64,000 nucleotides of DNA from an uncultured Planctomycetaceae bacterium (GTDB lineage: Bacteria > Planctomycetota > Planctomycetia > Isosphaerales > Isosphaeraceae): contig CAWIAD010000002.1 in assembly GCA_963833985.1 (NCBI GenBank), positions 5,344,001 to 5,408,000 of the forward strand. The letters run 5' to 3'. The translations under genes were made by a program, and so were the position numbers. The notes beneath the pieces were generated by a model. That model had not been told where the DNA came from, did no database searches, and saw only the letters and a list, made by a program, of their open reading frames with translations. This document shows, in pieces, positions 1-9,947 of this stretch; the stretch's first letter is position 1; every line of letters begins with the position of its first letter.

Positions 1-294
1 CATGTACTCCTGGTCCACCTGGATCACGTCGCCGATGTCGTACTCGCTCGCATCGCCGACGGTCAGGGTGGTGGCCCCCGCCGTGAAGGCGGCAGCGACG
101 GGCTGGCTACGGGGGCGATAGTTGTCGTTGGTGATGAGAAACTGGGGCGCGCCGGTCGGCAGCTTGGGCAGCCGGGAGATCAGTGGCGTGCGGTTGACGA
201 ACCAGTTGATCGCCACTCCGAACACGTCGTTCGGAATGACCCCGGCGTTGAACGCCGTGAATTGAGTCAGCGGTCCACCTTCATACAGAGGCAT
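1..294 (-). CDS. Probable major capsid protein (DUF5309/SU10-like), N-terminal part; runs off window start
   Basis: Manual translation from ATG at 294: MPLYEGGPLTQFTAFNAGVIPNDVFGVAINWFVNRTPLISRLPKL...GDVIQVDQEYM. AAGGA RBS upstream; follows the scaffold gene in head-gene order. Family assignment is by recollection. Confidence 0.6.
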   Translation of the reverse strand, partial: MPLYEGGPLTQFTAFNAGVIPNDVFGVAINWFVNRTPLISRLPKLPTGAPQFLITNDNYRPRSQPVAAAFTAGATTLTVGDASEYDIGDVIQVDQEYM

Positions 295-387
295 GGGTTA
301 GTCCTTTGGCACGTGGCCGATGAATGAACAAAGCGGGTCTTCTCAACTTCTGGCCACTGGCCACAGACCACTGGCCAATGCGATGGG

Positions 388-1134
388 TCACTGCCGGTTG
401 CCGGACGGGCGAAGCCCGAAGGCCTGGTACTGGTTCTGCCGGTTCCTCCATTCCGAAACGATCGAGTCGAGCGAACCGGGCTGGGTCAGGGACGGGCCCG
501 CCGGTGGCCGGGTGGCGTCGCTGCCGGAACCACCGCGTGAGGACGGGGCGAAAAAGATGGCGAACTGAGGCGAATCGAGGCGCTCGCGGAGCACCTCGGT
601 CGCGGGCCGGCCGCTCACCTTCTCCCGCACCATCAGGGCGCCGGAGCCGTCACGCGTGGTCTCGAATTCGTCGGCCAGCAGGCGGCGGACCATCACGGCC
701 GTGGCGGCCCGCGCCTCGGGCGTCTCACCCACGAACGCACGGCCGTGGAAAGCCTCGGCAATGGCCGAGTTCTTGCGCTCGGCATTGACTTGCTGCTCGA
801 GCTGGCTGTAGCGGTTCAACGCCTCGGCATGTTTCTGTTCCCAGCTCTTCCGCTGCTGGGTCAGCGCTTCCTCCACCTGGCCCTTCTCGGCAAGCGCCCG
901 CAGCCGCTCGGCCTCCTTGGCCTCGAGCATCGCTTGCTGGGCTTTCTGCACGTCCTCGAGTTGGTGCTCCAGCGATCGCAGCCGCTGGTACTCCTCGACG
1001 CTCAGGTGAATCGTCGGCGGCAGGGACGCTTCGGGGACCGTGGAAGGGCGGCCGGAATCTGGCGGCAGTGCCGGCTGCGCCTGGCCAGGAGACGTCGCGC
1101 CGGCATTCGTCGGCGAATAGGGTTGGTCACTCAC
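388..1134 (-). CDS. Putative capsid scaffolding protein (coiled coil)
   Basis: GTG start at 1134 with GGAG RBS. Long E/Q/K/A coiled coil followed by a GGSGS-type C-terminal motif; lies between portal and capsid. Confidence 0.65.
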   Translation of the reverse strand: MSDQPYSPTNAGATSPGQAQPALPPDSGRPSTVPEASLPPTIHLSVEEYQRLRSLEHQLEDVQKAQQAMLEAKEAERLRALAEKGQVEEALTQQRKSWEQKHAEALNRYSQLEQQVNAERKNSAIAEAFHGRAFVGETPEARAATAVMVRRLLADEFETTRDGSGALMVREKVSGRPATEVLRERLDSPQFAIFFAPSSRGGSGSDATRPPAGPSLTQPGSLDSIVSEWRNRQNQYQAFGLRPSGNRQ

Positions 1135-1237
1135 GGTAAGGCTCCAGTGCGTGGCGCTCTCTTGCGGGATGTGGTCGCTTCGGCAAGTCCAGGCTTCGCA
1201 GGGCACGGGCTTCGCAAGGCCCCGGCTCCGCGGCGCG

Positions 1238-2883
1238 TTACGGCTTTGTTTGCGGCTCCGGGTCGTCGGCCTCGCCCTCGCCCTCGCGGAGCTCCCCCGC
1301 ACGGGTGCGCAGGTAATCGTCCAGCTCCGTGTCGAACTCGCTGTACTGCTCGTCCTCGAGGCCCGGAAGCATCAGCCGGACCAGCCTTCGCAGCAGCTCG
1401 CTCTCGGTCTCCGGCGCGTTGCCGGCATTTGCCAGGATCTCCTGGAACTGGCCGATCGTCCGTGCCAGCTCCTCCGCGGTGAAAAGATCGAACTGCGTGG
1501 GATAAGCAATCCTCACGTCCTCGCGATCGGCGGAGGCCCGGCCGTCGTCCAGCACCAGCAGGGCCAGCTCGGCGATCTGCTTCTCGGCGCGGCCCAGCAT
1601 GCCGGCAATCTTGCCCAGCAGGTCGTTGCCGGCGGACTGGTCGATCCGCTTGGAGATGCCGCTCTGCGCGACGGTCGTCCCTGTTGATCCGCTCGCACCG
1701 GCCGGCTTCAGCAGCAGCGCCGCGCGGTCCGCGGCGTCGCGCAGATCGGCCTTGTTCAGGCGGATCGACTCGGCACCCCCCTTGGGAAACTCGACGACGT
1801 CGAACCCCTCGTAGGTCGCGCCCGCACCGCTGGAGTTCTTCTTCTTGGGCAGCAGCCAGTTCGGGCCGATCGGCACCGTGCCGTCCGGCTGGACGTAGTC
1901 TTCGGGTCCCTGCAAGAGCGGGTGCGCCTGGGTGGTATCCGAGAGGATCAGCTCGCTATCGCGGTTGTAGAATTCTCGCTGAAGCTCGGCGATGGATTCG
2001 TACCGCGGCAAGCCGATGTTGCCAAAGCGCGGCCGGCGGCGGTCGAACACCCGGACGATGGGCACTCGCCCGAACGGATGCGCGACGGGCCCGGCCTGGA
2101 TGTCGCCGGCTTCATCGAAGAGCATCCAGGTTCTCGCGTCCCAGTAACGCCAGAGAACCGAGCCGTCATCGCGCACCTCGCGGACCACGCACTGGCGGTA
2201 ATGGCCAAGCCGGTCCAGGCTCCACCAGAGCATGTTCTCGGGAAGGATGTACGAGGCCACGCAGCCGTCGAGGCCCAGACGAAACTCGTCGGCACGGGTG
2301 CGGACCTGCTCGCCGTCGGGAAGCGGCGGGTGGTCGACCACGATGTCGAGCTGGCCCAGCACCAGGAGCAGCGGGGCGATGGTCCCGGACATCCACTGGT
2401 CGATCGTGGTACCGCGGCCGTCCACGTTCTTCCACCAGGCGCGGAGCCTTTCGGGAGCGCCGCGATGGACTTCCCGGCTGAAGATCCGCGCCAGGTGGGC
2501 CTCGACCGCCTCGGCCACGAACGTGGGCACGGGCGTGCGCGCCTGCGCAGCTCGTAATCGTCGTCGGTGGCCTGGTTCGCCGGATCGGTGCCCGGCGGCC
2601 TGCCGGTCTGCATCGAGTAGTTCGAGTCGAATGCCGAAGGGTACTCGCGCTTGTGCCGGATGAGGTTGCGCACGGGCAAGCCGTGGATGTCATATCCATA
2701 CACGGCCATGCGATAAGCCTCGCCCCCTTCCCACGAATCGAGCAGCCAGCGCCAGCGTAGCTGGAACAGGATCCACTCGTTGTGGGGCCGCTCGATCGTT
2801 TGCCCGTCGGGCAACGCGATGCGCGGCATCCCCCCCTGACTCGCCAGGTAGGCCAGGGCCGCTGAGTTTGGTGCAAGTGGCAT
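1238..2883 (-). CDS. Phage portal protein (frameshift near 2545)
   Basis: N-terminus from ORF 1948..2883 (RWRWLLDSWEGG...YELRR) joins ORF 1238..2530 (HPFGRVPIV, SIAELQREFYNRDSE, QSGISKR, IAYPTQFD), typical of portal proteins. Directly downstream of TerL. Confidence 0.75.
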
Positions 2884-2928
2884 GGTAGAAATCGGTGGGT
2901 TTCTTGGGAAAACGGGATCAGTGCTGCG

Positions 2929-4437
2929 TCAGAACACTCGTGCCGCCCGGGCCCTGCCCAGGCCTCTTTGCCGGCTGTGACTTTCCGGGAGCATCAGCTT
3001 CAGTGCTCCGCGAAGGGCATCGATCAGGTCCTCGTGGGGGTGCTGCGGATCGGCCGGGTAGTCCATCCACTGACCCGAACGGCGGGCTCGGGCGTAGCTT
3101 CTCATGGCGGCGATCAGAGTGTTGCACCGCGGGTGGATGGTCAGGCGGACGCCGCCGTCGGCCGAGCGGACGAGGTTCTCTATGAGACCCAGGCCATCGG
3201 TCACGCAGCCGGGATACTTGGGCCACTGGAGCAGGCCGCCGTCGCCCACCAGGCCGCACCTCTGGTACTCCGCGATGACGGTGGGCCCGACCGGGTTCCG
3301 CGACCCGCCGGCCGAATCGGTAGACACCTGCCGTCGCGCCGCACCACAGAGCCGTTCGGCCATGCCGCGGATCGACAGGGCGCAGGATTCGGCAGTCTGT
3401 CCCTCGGCCAGGAAGTCCGCGAAGATGTTCACCCGTGGCAGGGCATCGGGGCGCAGCTGGAGGAACACCGCGCCGGTGAAGACGCCACTGTCGATGGCAA
3501 TGTGCACCGGCAGCTCCGGGTTGAACTCGGCGTCCGGCGAGACGTTGTCGGCCTCGACAAACTGCGCGAACCAGACGCCGTCGGCCCGGGGCCCCCGGCA
3601 CAGGTAATCGCTGGCGAAGACCCGGGGTGAGACCGCCTTGCACTTCTGGATCAGAGCATCGATGGTGTAATGACCGCGGCTGCGCTTGGCCTTGGGCCGG
3701 CCGTGGGGGTCAAGATCGCGGTCCTCGTGACACCAGCTCACCAGGGGACACGCGGGGCACTTCTCCAGGTTCGGGCCGCTTCGCTCCGGTGGGCAACGCT
3801 CCAGCACCTCGAACATGCAGTACGTGAAGACCGGGAACTCGCCGGACCGCCCGCGCTCGATGAGCTGCGACATCGGTCCCACCAGGCGGTGCCAGGTTGA
3901 GGTCATGAGCACGCTGGCGCGGCAGCCGTGCCGCTCCATCACCATGCCCATCGCCGACTCGCGGATGTCCGGGTCGATCTCGTCCACCTCGTCCAGCTTC
4001 AGGCTGGCAACGTGCGGGCCGCGAACGCTGGTGGGGCTGGCGGCCAGGATCGCCACGCGCGACCGGTTCTGATACACGACCTCCGTCTTCAGCAGCTTGC
4101 CAATGGCGGCCGCGTCGCCGCCCAGGGCGCCCCTGCCATCGACGATCGCCTCGGTGAGCGCCCGGTAGATCTGCTCGGACTGCGCCTTGGAACCACCCAG
4201 GATCCTGGTTTCGTGGAGCGGGTGGAAACGGCTCTTCAAGTGTGTGTCGATGGCCGAGAGAAATGACTTGCCGCTGCCGCGCGGGCCGTGCCAGAGTGCC
4301 AGAGAGGGTCGCTCCAGCACCTGCTGGCTGAACATCGCCAGCGGCGCGGAGTGCCCCACGCAGACCGGGCGGTCGGGAATGCGCACACCGGTGAACTGGC
4401 GGACCCAGTCGGCCAGCTCGGCGCTGCTGGCCGGCAT
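2929..4437 (-). CDS. Terminase large subunit
   Basis: Walker A HGPRGSGKS, Walker B LKLDEVDE, motif III MTST, nuclease IAIDSG and C-terminal HEDLIDALR. Start uncertain (ORF open to 4572). Confidence 0.85.
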   Translation of the reverse strand: MPASSAELADWVRQFTGVRIPDRPVCVGHSAPLAMFSQQVLERPSLALWHGPRGSGKSFLSAIDTHLKSRFHPLHETRILGGSKAQSEQIYRALTEAIVDGRGALGGDAAAIGKLLKTEVVYQNRSRVAILAASPTSVRGPHVASLKLDEVDEIDPDIRESAMGMVMERHGCRASVLMTSTWHRLVGPMSQLIERGRSGEFPVFTYCMFEVLERCPPERSGPNLEKCPACPLVSWCHEDRDLDPHGRPKAKRSRGHYTIDALIQKCKAVSPRVFASDYLCRGPRADGVWFAQFVEADNVSPDAEFNPELPVHIAIDSGVFTGAVFLQLRPDALPRVNIFADFLAEGQTAESCALSIRGMAERLCGAARRQVSTDSAGGSRNPVGPTVIAEYQRCGLVGDGGLLQWPKYPGCVTDGLGLIENLVRSADGGVRLTIHPRCNTLIAAMRSYARARRSGQWMDYPADPQHPHEDLIDALRGALKLMLPESHSRQRGLGRARAARVF

Positions 4438-4453
4438 GCGATTGCGGACCGCG

Positions 4454-4807
4454 TCAATCAGGCTCGGCAGGACCCTGGTCTCGTCCCAGCTCGAGAATCT
4501 GGCGGGCGAGTTTGTCATCGATGTCAACTGCATCACGGCTTGAGGGGTCCGCGGAGCCCGGCTTGCCGTCAAGCCGGGTCCAGATTTCCAGCATGGCCCG
4601 CAGGCTTCCTCTGTCGGTGAATTCCAGGAGTCCCTGCACCAGCCGGTCTTGCCAGGAGACTCCGTCGCTGCTTCGCTTGTTGAGGTGGTTCCTCAGGCGG
4701 AAGGTCAAGCTGCCTCGGGCGGGGACCTCACTCTGCTGCCTCCGGTCGTTCTCCGGGGCCTCAGCCGGGTCGTTGTTGAGCCATGAATCAAGTTGAGGAT
4801 CGGCCAT
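4454..4807 (-). CDS. Putative terminase small subunit
   Basis: 117 aa immediately upstream of TerL; GSLRAMLEIWTRLDGKP resembles small-terminase/DUF5681-type C-termini. Confidence 0.5.
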   Translation of the reverse strand: MADPQLDSWLNNDPAEAPENDRRQQSEVPARGSLTFRLRNHLNKRSSDGVSWQDRLVQGLLEFTDRGSLRAMLEIWTRLDGKPGSADPSSRDAVDIDDKLARQILELGRDQGPAEPD

Positions 4808-5166
4808 CAGGGCACCGTCGAAGTGTCCGAGTTGTCCACGATGTGCCCGAGCTGCCGGATGATCCCCTCGAGCTGTTCCATCATCTCGTGCCGGTGCTTG
4901 TCATCCTCGTTCTGCTGCTTCTGGCTGTCTTGCAGCGACAGGAGCAGGCTGGCGAACTGACCCTGCTGGAAGGTTTCCTGCCGCTGGAACCGCTGGCGGA
5001 CCTCGCGGACCAGGGCGCGTGACCGCCGCTCAACTTGCCAGAGCTCGATGCTCATGTAGCCAAGAATGAGCGCCAGAAACACAAGCGCCCTGAGCTGCGG
5101 TGTGCGCTGCCGCCACCAGCCGAGCAAGTCATACCAGATGAATGTCCGCCTCGGATTCTTCATCAT
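4807..5166 (-). CDS. Small single-TM membrane protein with coiled coil
   Basis: TM segment LRALVFLALILGYMSI; stop overlaps the ATG of the TerS-like gene (TGATG). Confidence 0.55.
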   Translation of the reverse strand: MMKNPRRTFIWYDLLGWWRQRTPQLRALVFLALILGYMSIELWQVERRSRALVREVRQRFQRQETFQQGQFASLLLSLQDSQKQQNEDDKHRHEMMEQLEGIIRQLGHIVDNSDTSTVP

Positions 5167-5515
5167 CAAAGTGAACCTCCGGAACCGCCGGCAGCGCCGC
5201 GACAGCACCGTGCGCTGCCTTGGCCCAGCCATACAGCTCACGCACGGCGACGCCGGACCGGCTGCTACGCAGCTTGATCCTGAGCATGGCGACCTCGTGC
5301 TCGCGCTGCTTCTGCCGGTCCGACCAGTAGTCCTTGATAAAGGCGGAGATCGCCGCGACCAGTCCCGCCCCGCCCAGCAGGAACGAGCCCGTGCCCACGG
5401 AGGTGTCCGTCGAGCTCGCCTCGGCGATCACCGCAGCGCCGGTGGCCAGCAATCCGCCCACGACGGTGAGTGTCCTCGAGGTGAGTTCTGGCAGAATGCT
5501 CATGACACGCTCCAC
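5129..5515 (-). CDS. Small two-TM membrane protein (holin-like topology)
   Basis: Two hydrophobic segments followed by a charged tail (KDYWSDRQKQREHE); GGAAGG RBS. Confidence 0.55.
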   Translation of the reverse strand: MERVMSILPELTSRTLTVVGGLLATGAAVIAEASSTDTSVGTGSFLLGGAGLVAAISAFIKDYWSDRQKQREHEVAMLRIKLRSSRSGVAVRELYGWAKAAHGAVAALPAVPEVHFDDEESEADIHLV

Positions 5516-5676
5516 CCTTCCCGGTGCTGAAACGAGATGAGTTCACGGAAGAACGTTCCAGACTCTTTCGGAGAAGAGCAACGCAAGACCTGCTAGCGAC
5601 AGCAGGACCAGCCATGCCAGGTCTCCATGGTCCATCCTCGGCACGAATCGTGGCATGGCCGGAGCCTGTGGTGAAA

Positions 5677-6306
5677 TCAAGGTTTCCACGCTTTGACTTG
5701 CGGGGACGGATCCGCCGCATGGCTCGCGGAGGTCCCTGCCTGCGCCAGTCCTGTACGCCGGGCCGCGTACAGCCGCTCCCGGCGCTGCTTCCTCGTCTCC
5801 TTCACTCCCACGGCTGCCCTGACCGCGGCGGGCTTGCTCTCGGGACGCGGGTCGGTCCGGGGGTCGCGCTTCAGCGCTGGATGGTCGTCGAATCCCGACC
5901 GGGAACAGACCATGCAACAGAACACCGACCCGCGAGGGATCGGGCCGTGATGCGGACAGACCGATTGGGGGGTGAACGACCCGACCGGGAAAAGCGGCAT
6001 CAGCCGGGGCGGACGATCGCGTGCATCACCCGAGAGGCTGCGCACTGCGCCACTTGCCACCTCGTCCCGTGTGTGCAGGTCCCCGCTGAATCGGGTATTG
6101 CTGGAACGGGAGATCTGATGATTCGCTTTCTCCCGCGCTCGGGAGACCCCCAGCTGGATGCTGCGGCAACTGAGCCGTTCCTGCCTGGCGATCTCCTTGA
6201 TGCTCTTGCCGCAACGAACCTCTTCGAGCCAGGAAAGCTCGCGGCCCTGGCAGGCCACGGAACGCTGGGGCCTGCTCATGCCAGGTAAACCACGTGTACC
6301 GGCCAT
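5677..6306 (-). CDS. Putative transcription regulator: HTH plus Cys/His (Zn-binding?) domain
   Basis: GKSIKEIARQERLSCRSIQLGVSRAR is HTH-like; CPHH...CCMVC...DDHP cluster; first gene of the head operon. Confidence 0.5.
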   Translation of the reverse strand: MAGTRGLPGMSRPQRSVACQGRELSWLEEVRCGKSIKEIARQERLSCRSIQLGVSRAREKANHQISRSSNTRFSGDLHTRDEVASGAVRSLSGDARDRPPRLMPLFPVGSFTPQSVCPHHGPIPRGSVFCCMVCSRSGFDDHPALKRDPRTDPRPESKPAAVRAAVGVKETRKQRRERLYAARRTGLAQAGTSASHAADPSPQVKAWKP

Positions 6307-6617
6307 GTCGGTCGATCCTCAGCCGCCCGGCCACGATCGACTCTGCTCTCAGAATGCGCCAGGAATCTGGCTGATTTGCGTGAAAGACCTCCTAGTGGCC
6401 CATCACTCGTCTCTCAAGTTGTTATGCATCAAGAACTTGGACAAAAAGAAAAAAAACCGCCGGTGCGCAAAGAAAGGTGGCGATCTGGCGTCTTTGTGTC
6501 GCAGACTCAGAAGGGGGAGTGGCGCAATCTGGAATCTGGAATGACCTTATCTAACCAAGCCCGCCCGGCCCGGTCGCCTGCGCAGGCTCCCCTGAATCCG
6601 TCCGCCGATCTGATCGC

Positions 6618-7514
6618 TCAGGCCTCGTCCGCGCGCCCCGGCTGTCCTGATGGGGTTTCCACGGAGCGGGCCAACGGCAAGCTGGACGTCAGATGCACGC
6701 GTCCAAAGAGTGCCTGTCCGGAAAGGGCGGCGTCGGCGTGGCGACGCGGCCGCTTGCCGCCAGCGACCGGAACGGCCCGGGGCACTGACCAGGAAGCCGT
6801 TGCGGCCTCGTCCCAGTGCCCCGGCTGGCGGCACGGTACGACGACCCGCATCATGAACGCCGCGTGGCAGCCGCTCCCAGCCAGAACGAACAGGTGAAAC
6901 AGCTCATGCGAGCCGAAAACCCCTGGCAGCGGCACCGGCCAGCCTCGCAGGTTGATGAGAGCACCCATGCTGTAGAGAACACCCCCCAGCGGAAGCGGCA
7001 AGAGCGTGCGGTGGCTCAGGCTTCGAGCCAGCTCGCGATAGCAGATCAGAACCCCCCAGCCCATGGTCATGTAGATGGTGGTGGAAAGCCAGATGGGCAA
7101 GACCCCGCCCAACCAGACGCGCGCCGAGCAAAATGCGGCCACGCTCCAGACCACGCTCAGGGTACCGTGCCTCCAGCGGCGACGGAAAAGCGACCACGTG
7201 GCTGGCGTGTAAGTACCGGCAATCAGCAGGTAAATCCCCACGTGGTCCAGCCTGCGGTACCACCCGAGCGCCTCCCCGGAGAGCCGGACAGAGTGGTACA
7301 GGGCGCTGCTGCCGAAGCAGATCACCAGGGTCAGACCATAGAGGACCAGGGTTGCGCGCTTGCCGCGCTGGTAGTGCGTCACCCGGTCGTCGCCCGATGT
7401 GTCCCGCAACGGAGACCTTGCGCGTTCCCAGAAGATCCACGTGAGCGGAAGGGCCAGCATCATGCCCACGCCATGGCTGAGAGCGCTGATCGGCTCTCGA
7501 AGTTCAAGCAGCAT
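6618..7514 (-). CDS. Hemolysin III/PAQR family membrane protein
   Basis: REPISALSHG, SSALYH, RRLDHVGIYLLIAGTYTP and HELFHLFVLAG motifs. Confidence 0.9.
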   Translation of the reverse strand: MLLELREPISALSHGVGMMLALPLTWIFWERARSPLRDTSGDDRVTHYQRGKRATLVLYGLTLVICFGSSALYHSVRLSGEALGWYRRLDHVGIYLLIAGTYTPATWSLFRRRWRHGTLSVVWSVAAFCSARVWLGGVLPIWLSTTIYMTMGWGVLICYRELARSLSHRTLLPLPLGGVLYSMGALINLRGWPVPLPGVFGSHELFHLFVLAGSGCHAAFMMRVVVPCRQPGHWDEAATASWSVPRAVPVAGGKRPRRHADAALSGQALFGRVHLTSSLPLARSVETPSGQPGRADEA

Positions 7515-7638
7515 CGCCGCGGCCCCGGGTTTGTGAGTTGCGTCATCGGTGGACTTTCGACCGCGCCGGGGCCCGTTCTTGAACCATTCCGAAGCTGGAA
7601 CTCGCGTGAGACAACGTTCCAGTCGTGCCTCCGCGGTC

Positions 7639-8580
7639 TCACCGATCCGGTGGGCAACGTTTCCCACGATCGCGCCAGAGCAGCAGTGCGGCAGCGGCCA
7701 GGCCGAAGACCACGAGCGTGCGGGGCTCGGGAACGGGGGTTGGCTGCACCGAACCGGTGATCACCTGGGCTTGCAGTACCGGCTTCGTGGTGCTCGCAAG
7801 CGCCTTGGGGGCAACGTTCTTGGGCGCCTTGATCCCCAGGTCGCTTTCGATCGCCGTGAGGCTTTGCTGGTTCCAGTTCACAAGCTTGCCGGATTTCAGC
7901 TTGAACAGGTTCCCCAGGTCCTGGACGAGCTTGGAATTCATGATCGGGTCGGTATTCGCGTTCGTGGGAACCAGCGTCTGGGCCTGAACAGACGTGCCGG
8001 ATGCGGCTGTGGACGTCGCCGCTACCGAAGACCCCGCCGGGGAGCTGCCGCTCGCGGACGAGGACAAGGACGAGGACGAGGCGGCCAGCCAGGCCAGGGT
8101 GGTGCCGCTCGACGCGGAGGATCCGCCCGCGCCGAAGAGCGGCGGCAGGGGCCTGACCAGGTACACACTCTGCCCGTTATAAACCGCGGCGTGCCCGTTT
8201 GCGGCCAGTGTTTCATCAAGCTGGGACTTGACCTGGGCATCGAACCGGAGCGGACCGGTAGTGGCAGCCGTGCCCGTCGTCGCTGGCGCTGAGTTCACCG
8301 TGGGGTAGTTTTGCGGCAGCGGGTTCCCCTTGAGCTGGACCGCGACATAACTGGGCAGCTCGCCGTTATTCAGAACCACCGGCCCTGCACTCGGGCTGGT
8401 CGGCATGGCAATCGGCTGTCCGTTCTGGTCCAGCACGATGGCATTGGGCAGCTTGCCGAGCTTGATGGTGGAGCACCATGCCAGCGGCCCCATGCCCGTG
8501 CCCGCACCCAGACCGATGCCGAAGATCAGCACCGCCAGTAGCCCGCGGCAGAAACGGTAAAAAAGAGCGATCATGTGCAT
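7639..8580 (-). CDS. PEP-CTERM sorting domain protein
   Basis: N-terminal signal; C-terminal VPEPRTLVVFGLAAAALLLWRDR. Confidence 0.8.
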   Translation of the reverse strand: MHMIALFYRFCRGLLAVLIFGIGLGAGTGMGPLAWCSTIKLGKLPNAIVLDQNGQPIAMPTSPSAGPVVLNNGELPSYVAVQLKGNPLPQNYPTVNSAPATTGTAATTGPLRFDAQVKSQLDETLAANGHAAVYNGQSVYLVRPLPPLFGAGGSSASSGTTLAWLAASSSSLSSSASGSSPAGSSVAATSTAASGTSVQAQTLVPTNANTDPIMNSKLVQDLGNLFKLKSGKLVNWNQQSLTAIESDLGIKAPKNVAPKALASTTKPVLQAQVITGSVQPTPVPEPRTLVVFGLAAAALLLWRDRGKRCPPDR

Positions 8581-8807
8581 GGCAGCGCCCCTCCCTGGGA
8601 AACGGCAAGTGCCGAACCGGCCTGATCTGACCGAGCTTCGATGTGACTGCGTTGAAAGGTAGGGCCTATCTAGCAGGATCACCGGGCAGGCTCAACCCGG
8701 GTTGAGCACCGCCGCGGGCGAATTGAAGCGGATTGAAAGATTTCCCTGAAGTTCTGCAACAAATGGACCGACAGCCCGCAGACCGTGCAAGGCGGACCGC
8801 TGGAGCA

Positions 8808-9180
8808 ACCACGGAAATCCTGAAGACACCAACCACGGAATCTCAGAGGACAGAAACTGCGGAATTCCAGAAGACATCAACCACAGAGATCACAGAGATC
8901 ACAGAGAAGAAAAAGAGCGAAGAGGAGACAGGGAAGCGGGAAGAGGGAAGCGGGGATGTCCAGGCAAGGTCACCCATGTCACTCGCGAATTCCGCGTGTC
9001 TTTCTCTGTGGTCTCTGTGATCTCTGTGGTTGGTTCTTCGCGTTCGCTTCATCACTGCCCACTGCCCACTGCTGACAGGCAAGAATGCCTGTCCTCCCCT
9101 TCCTCTTCACTGCCCACTGCCGCCTTCGTGGGCCTCGCCTGCGGCTCGACCCACCCTACAAGCTGCCCACTGCACACTGC
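8808..9180. repeat. Intergenic REP-like cluster: AACCAC(A/G)GA repeats, a 30-bp inverted pair, CACTGCC heptamers and a GTAG-type REP
   Basis: 8879-8908 and 9002-9031 are inverted with 29/30 identity. Minus-strand TGTAGGGTGGGTCGAGCCGCAGGCGAGGCCCAC at 9128-9160. CACTGCC tandems at 9050-9180. Confidence 0.75.
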
Positions 9181-9693
9181 CTACTTGATCTGTAGTAGTT
9201 CGACTTCGAAGAGCAGGGTGGCGTTGGGCGGTATGACGCCGCCTGCGCCGCGGCTGCCGTAGCCGAGGCTGGGGGGGATCAGCAGCTCGCGCTTGCCGCC
9301 CACCTTCATGCTCATCACGCCCTCGTCCCAGCCCTTGATCACCTGGCCAGTGCCGATGACGAAATCGAAGGGCTGGCCGCGGTCCACGGAGCTGTCAAAC
9401 TTCTTGCCCTTGACTCCGTTTTCCCAGAGCCAGCCGGTGTAATGCATGTAGCAGGTTTCGCCCCTCTTGGGCTTTTCGCCGGTCCCTTCCTTGACGTCCC
9501 GGTATTGCAGGCCGCTGTCGGTCTTGGTCATCCTCTTTTCCTTCTCGGCTTGGCTGGCACGCGCGAGTGGACCCTCGGTCGCCGCGACGAAGGCGAGCAT
9601 CGCCGCCATGGCGGCAACAAGACGCCAGGGCCTCGAGGCGGTTCTGAGATGGCAGGTGAGATCCGTCGTGTGCATCATCCACATCCTCATCAT
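9181..9693 (-). CDS. FKBP-type peptidyl-prolyl isomerase
   Basis: HYTGWL, KFDSSVDRGQPF, VIKGWDEG and IPPNATLLFEVEL motifs; start uncertain. Confidence 0.95.
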   Translation of the reverse strand: MMRMWMMHTTDLTCHLRTASRPWRLVAAMAAMLAFVAATEGPLARASQAEKEKRMTKTDSGLQYRDVKEGTGEKPKRGETCYMHYTGWLWENGVKGKKFDSSVDRGQPFDFVIGTGQVIKGWDEGVMSMKVGGKRELLIPPSLGYGSRGAGGVIPPNATLLFEVELLQIK

Positions 9694-9947
9694 GTCACAT
9701 GCGGGTTCGGAGAGGGAAACGGGCCCTCCTTGCGGACTGGGTGCACCGTATCAGCGCCCGGGCGAGCGTGGCAAGAGGTTGCAGCCGGCAGGCTTTCCTG
9801 GCCGCAAGCATTCCGCAGGGCGCTTTTTTGCCGCTCCGCCTCTTCGGGTCGTTGTGTCGATCGATCCTATTGCGTACGCTCAGGTTTACATCGTCTCGGG
9901 GGTGTTCCCGCGCCTCTGCATCCGATTCCTGTGTTGAGGGTTCCTCG

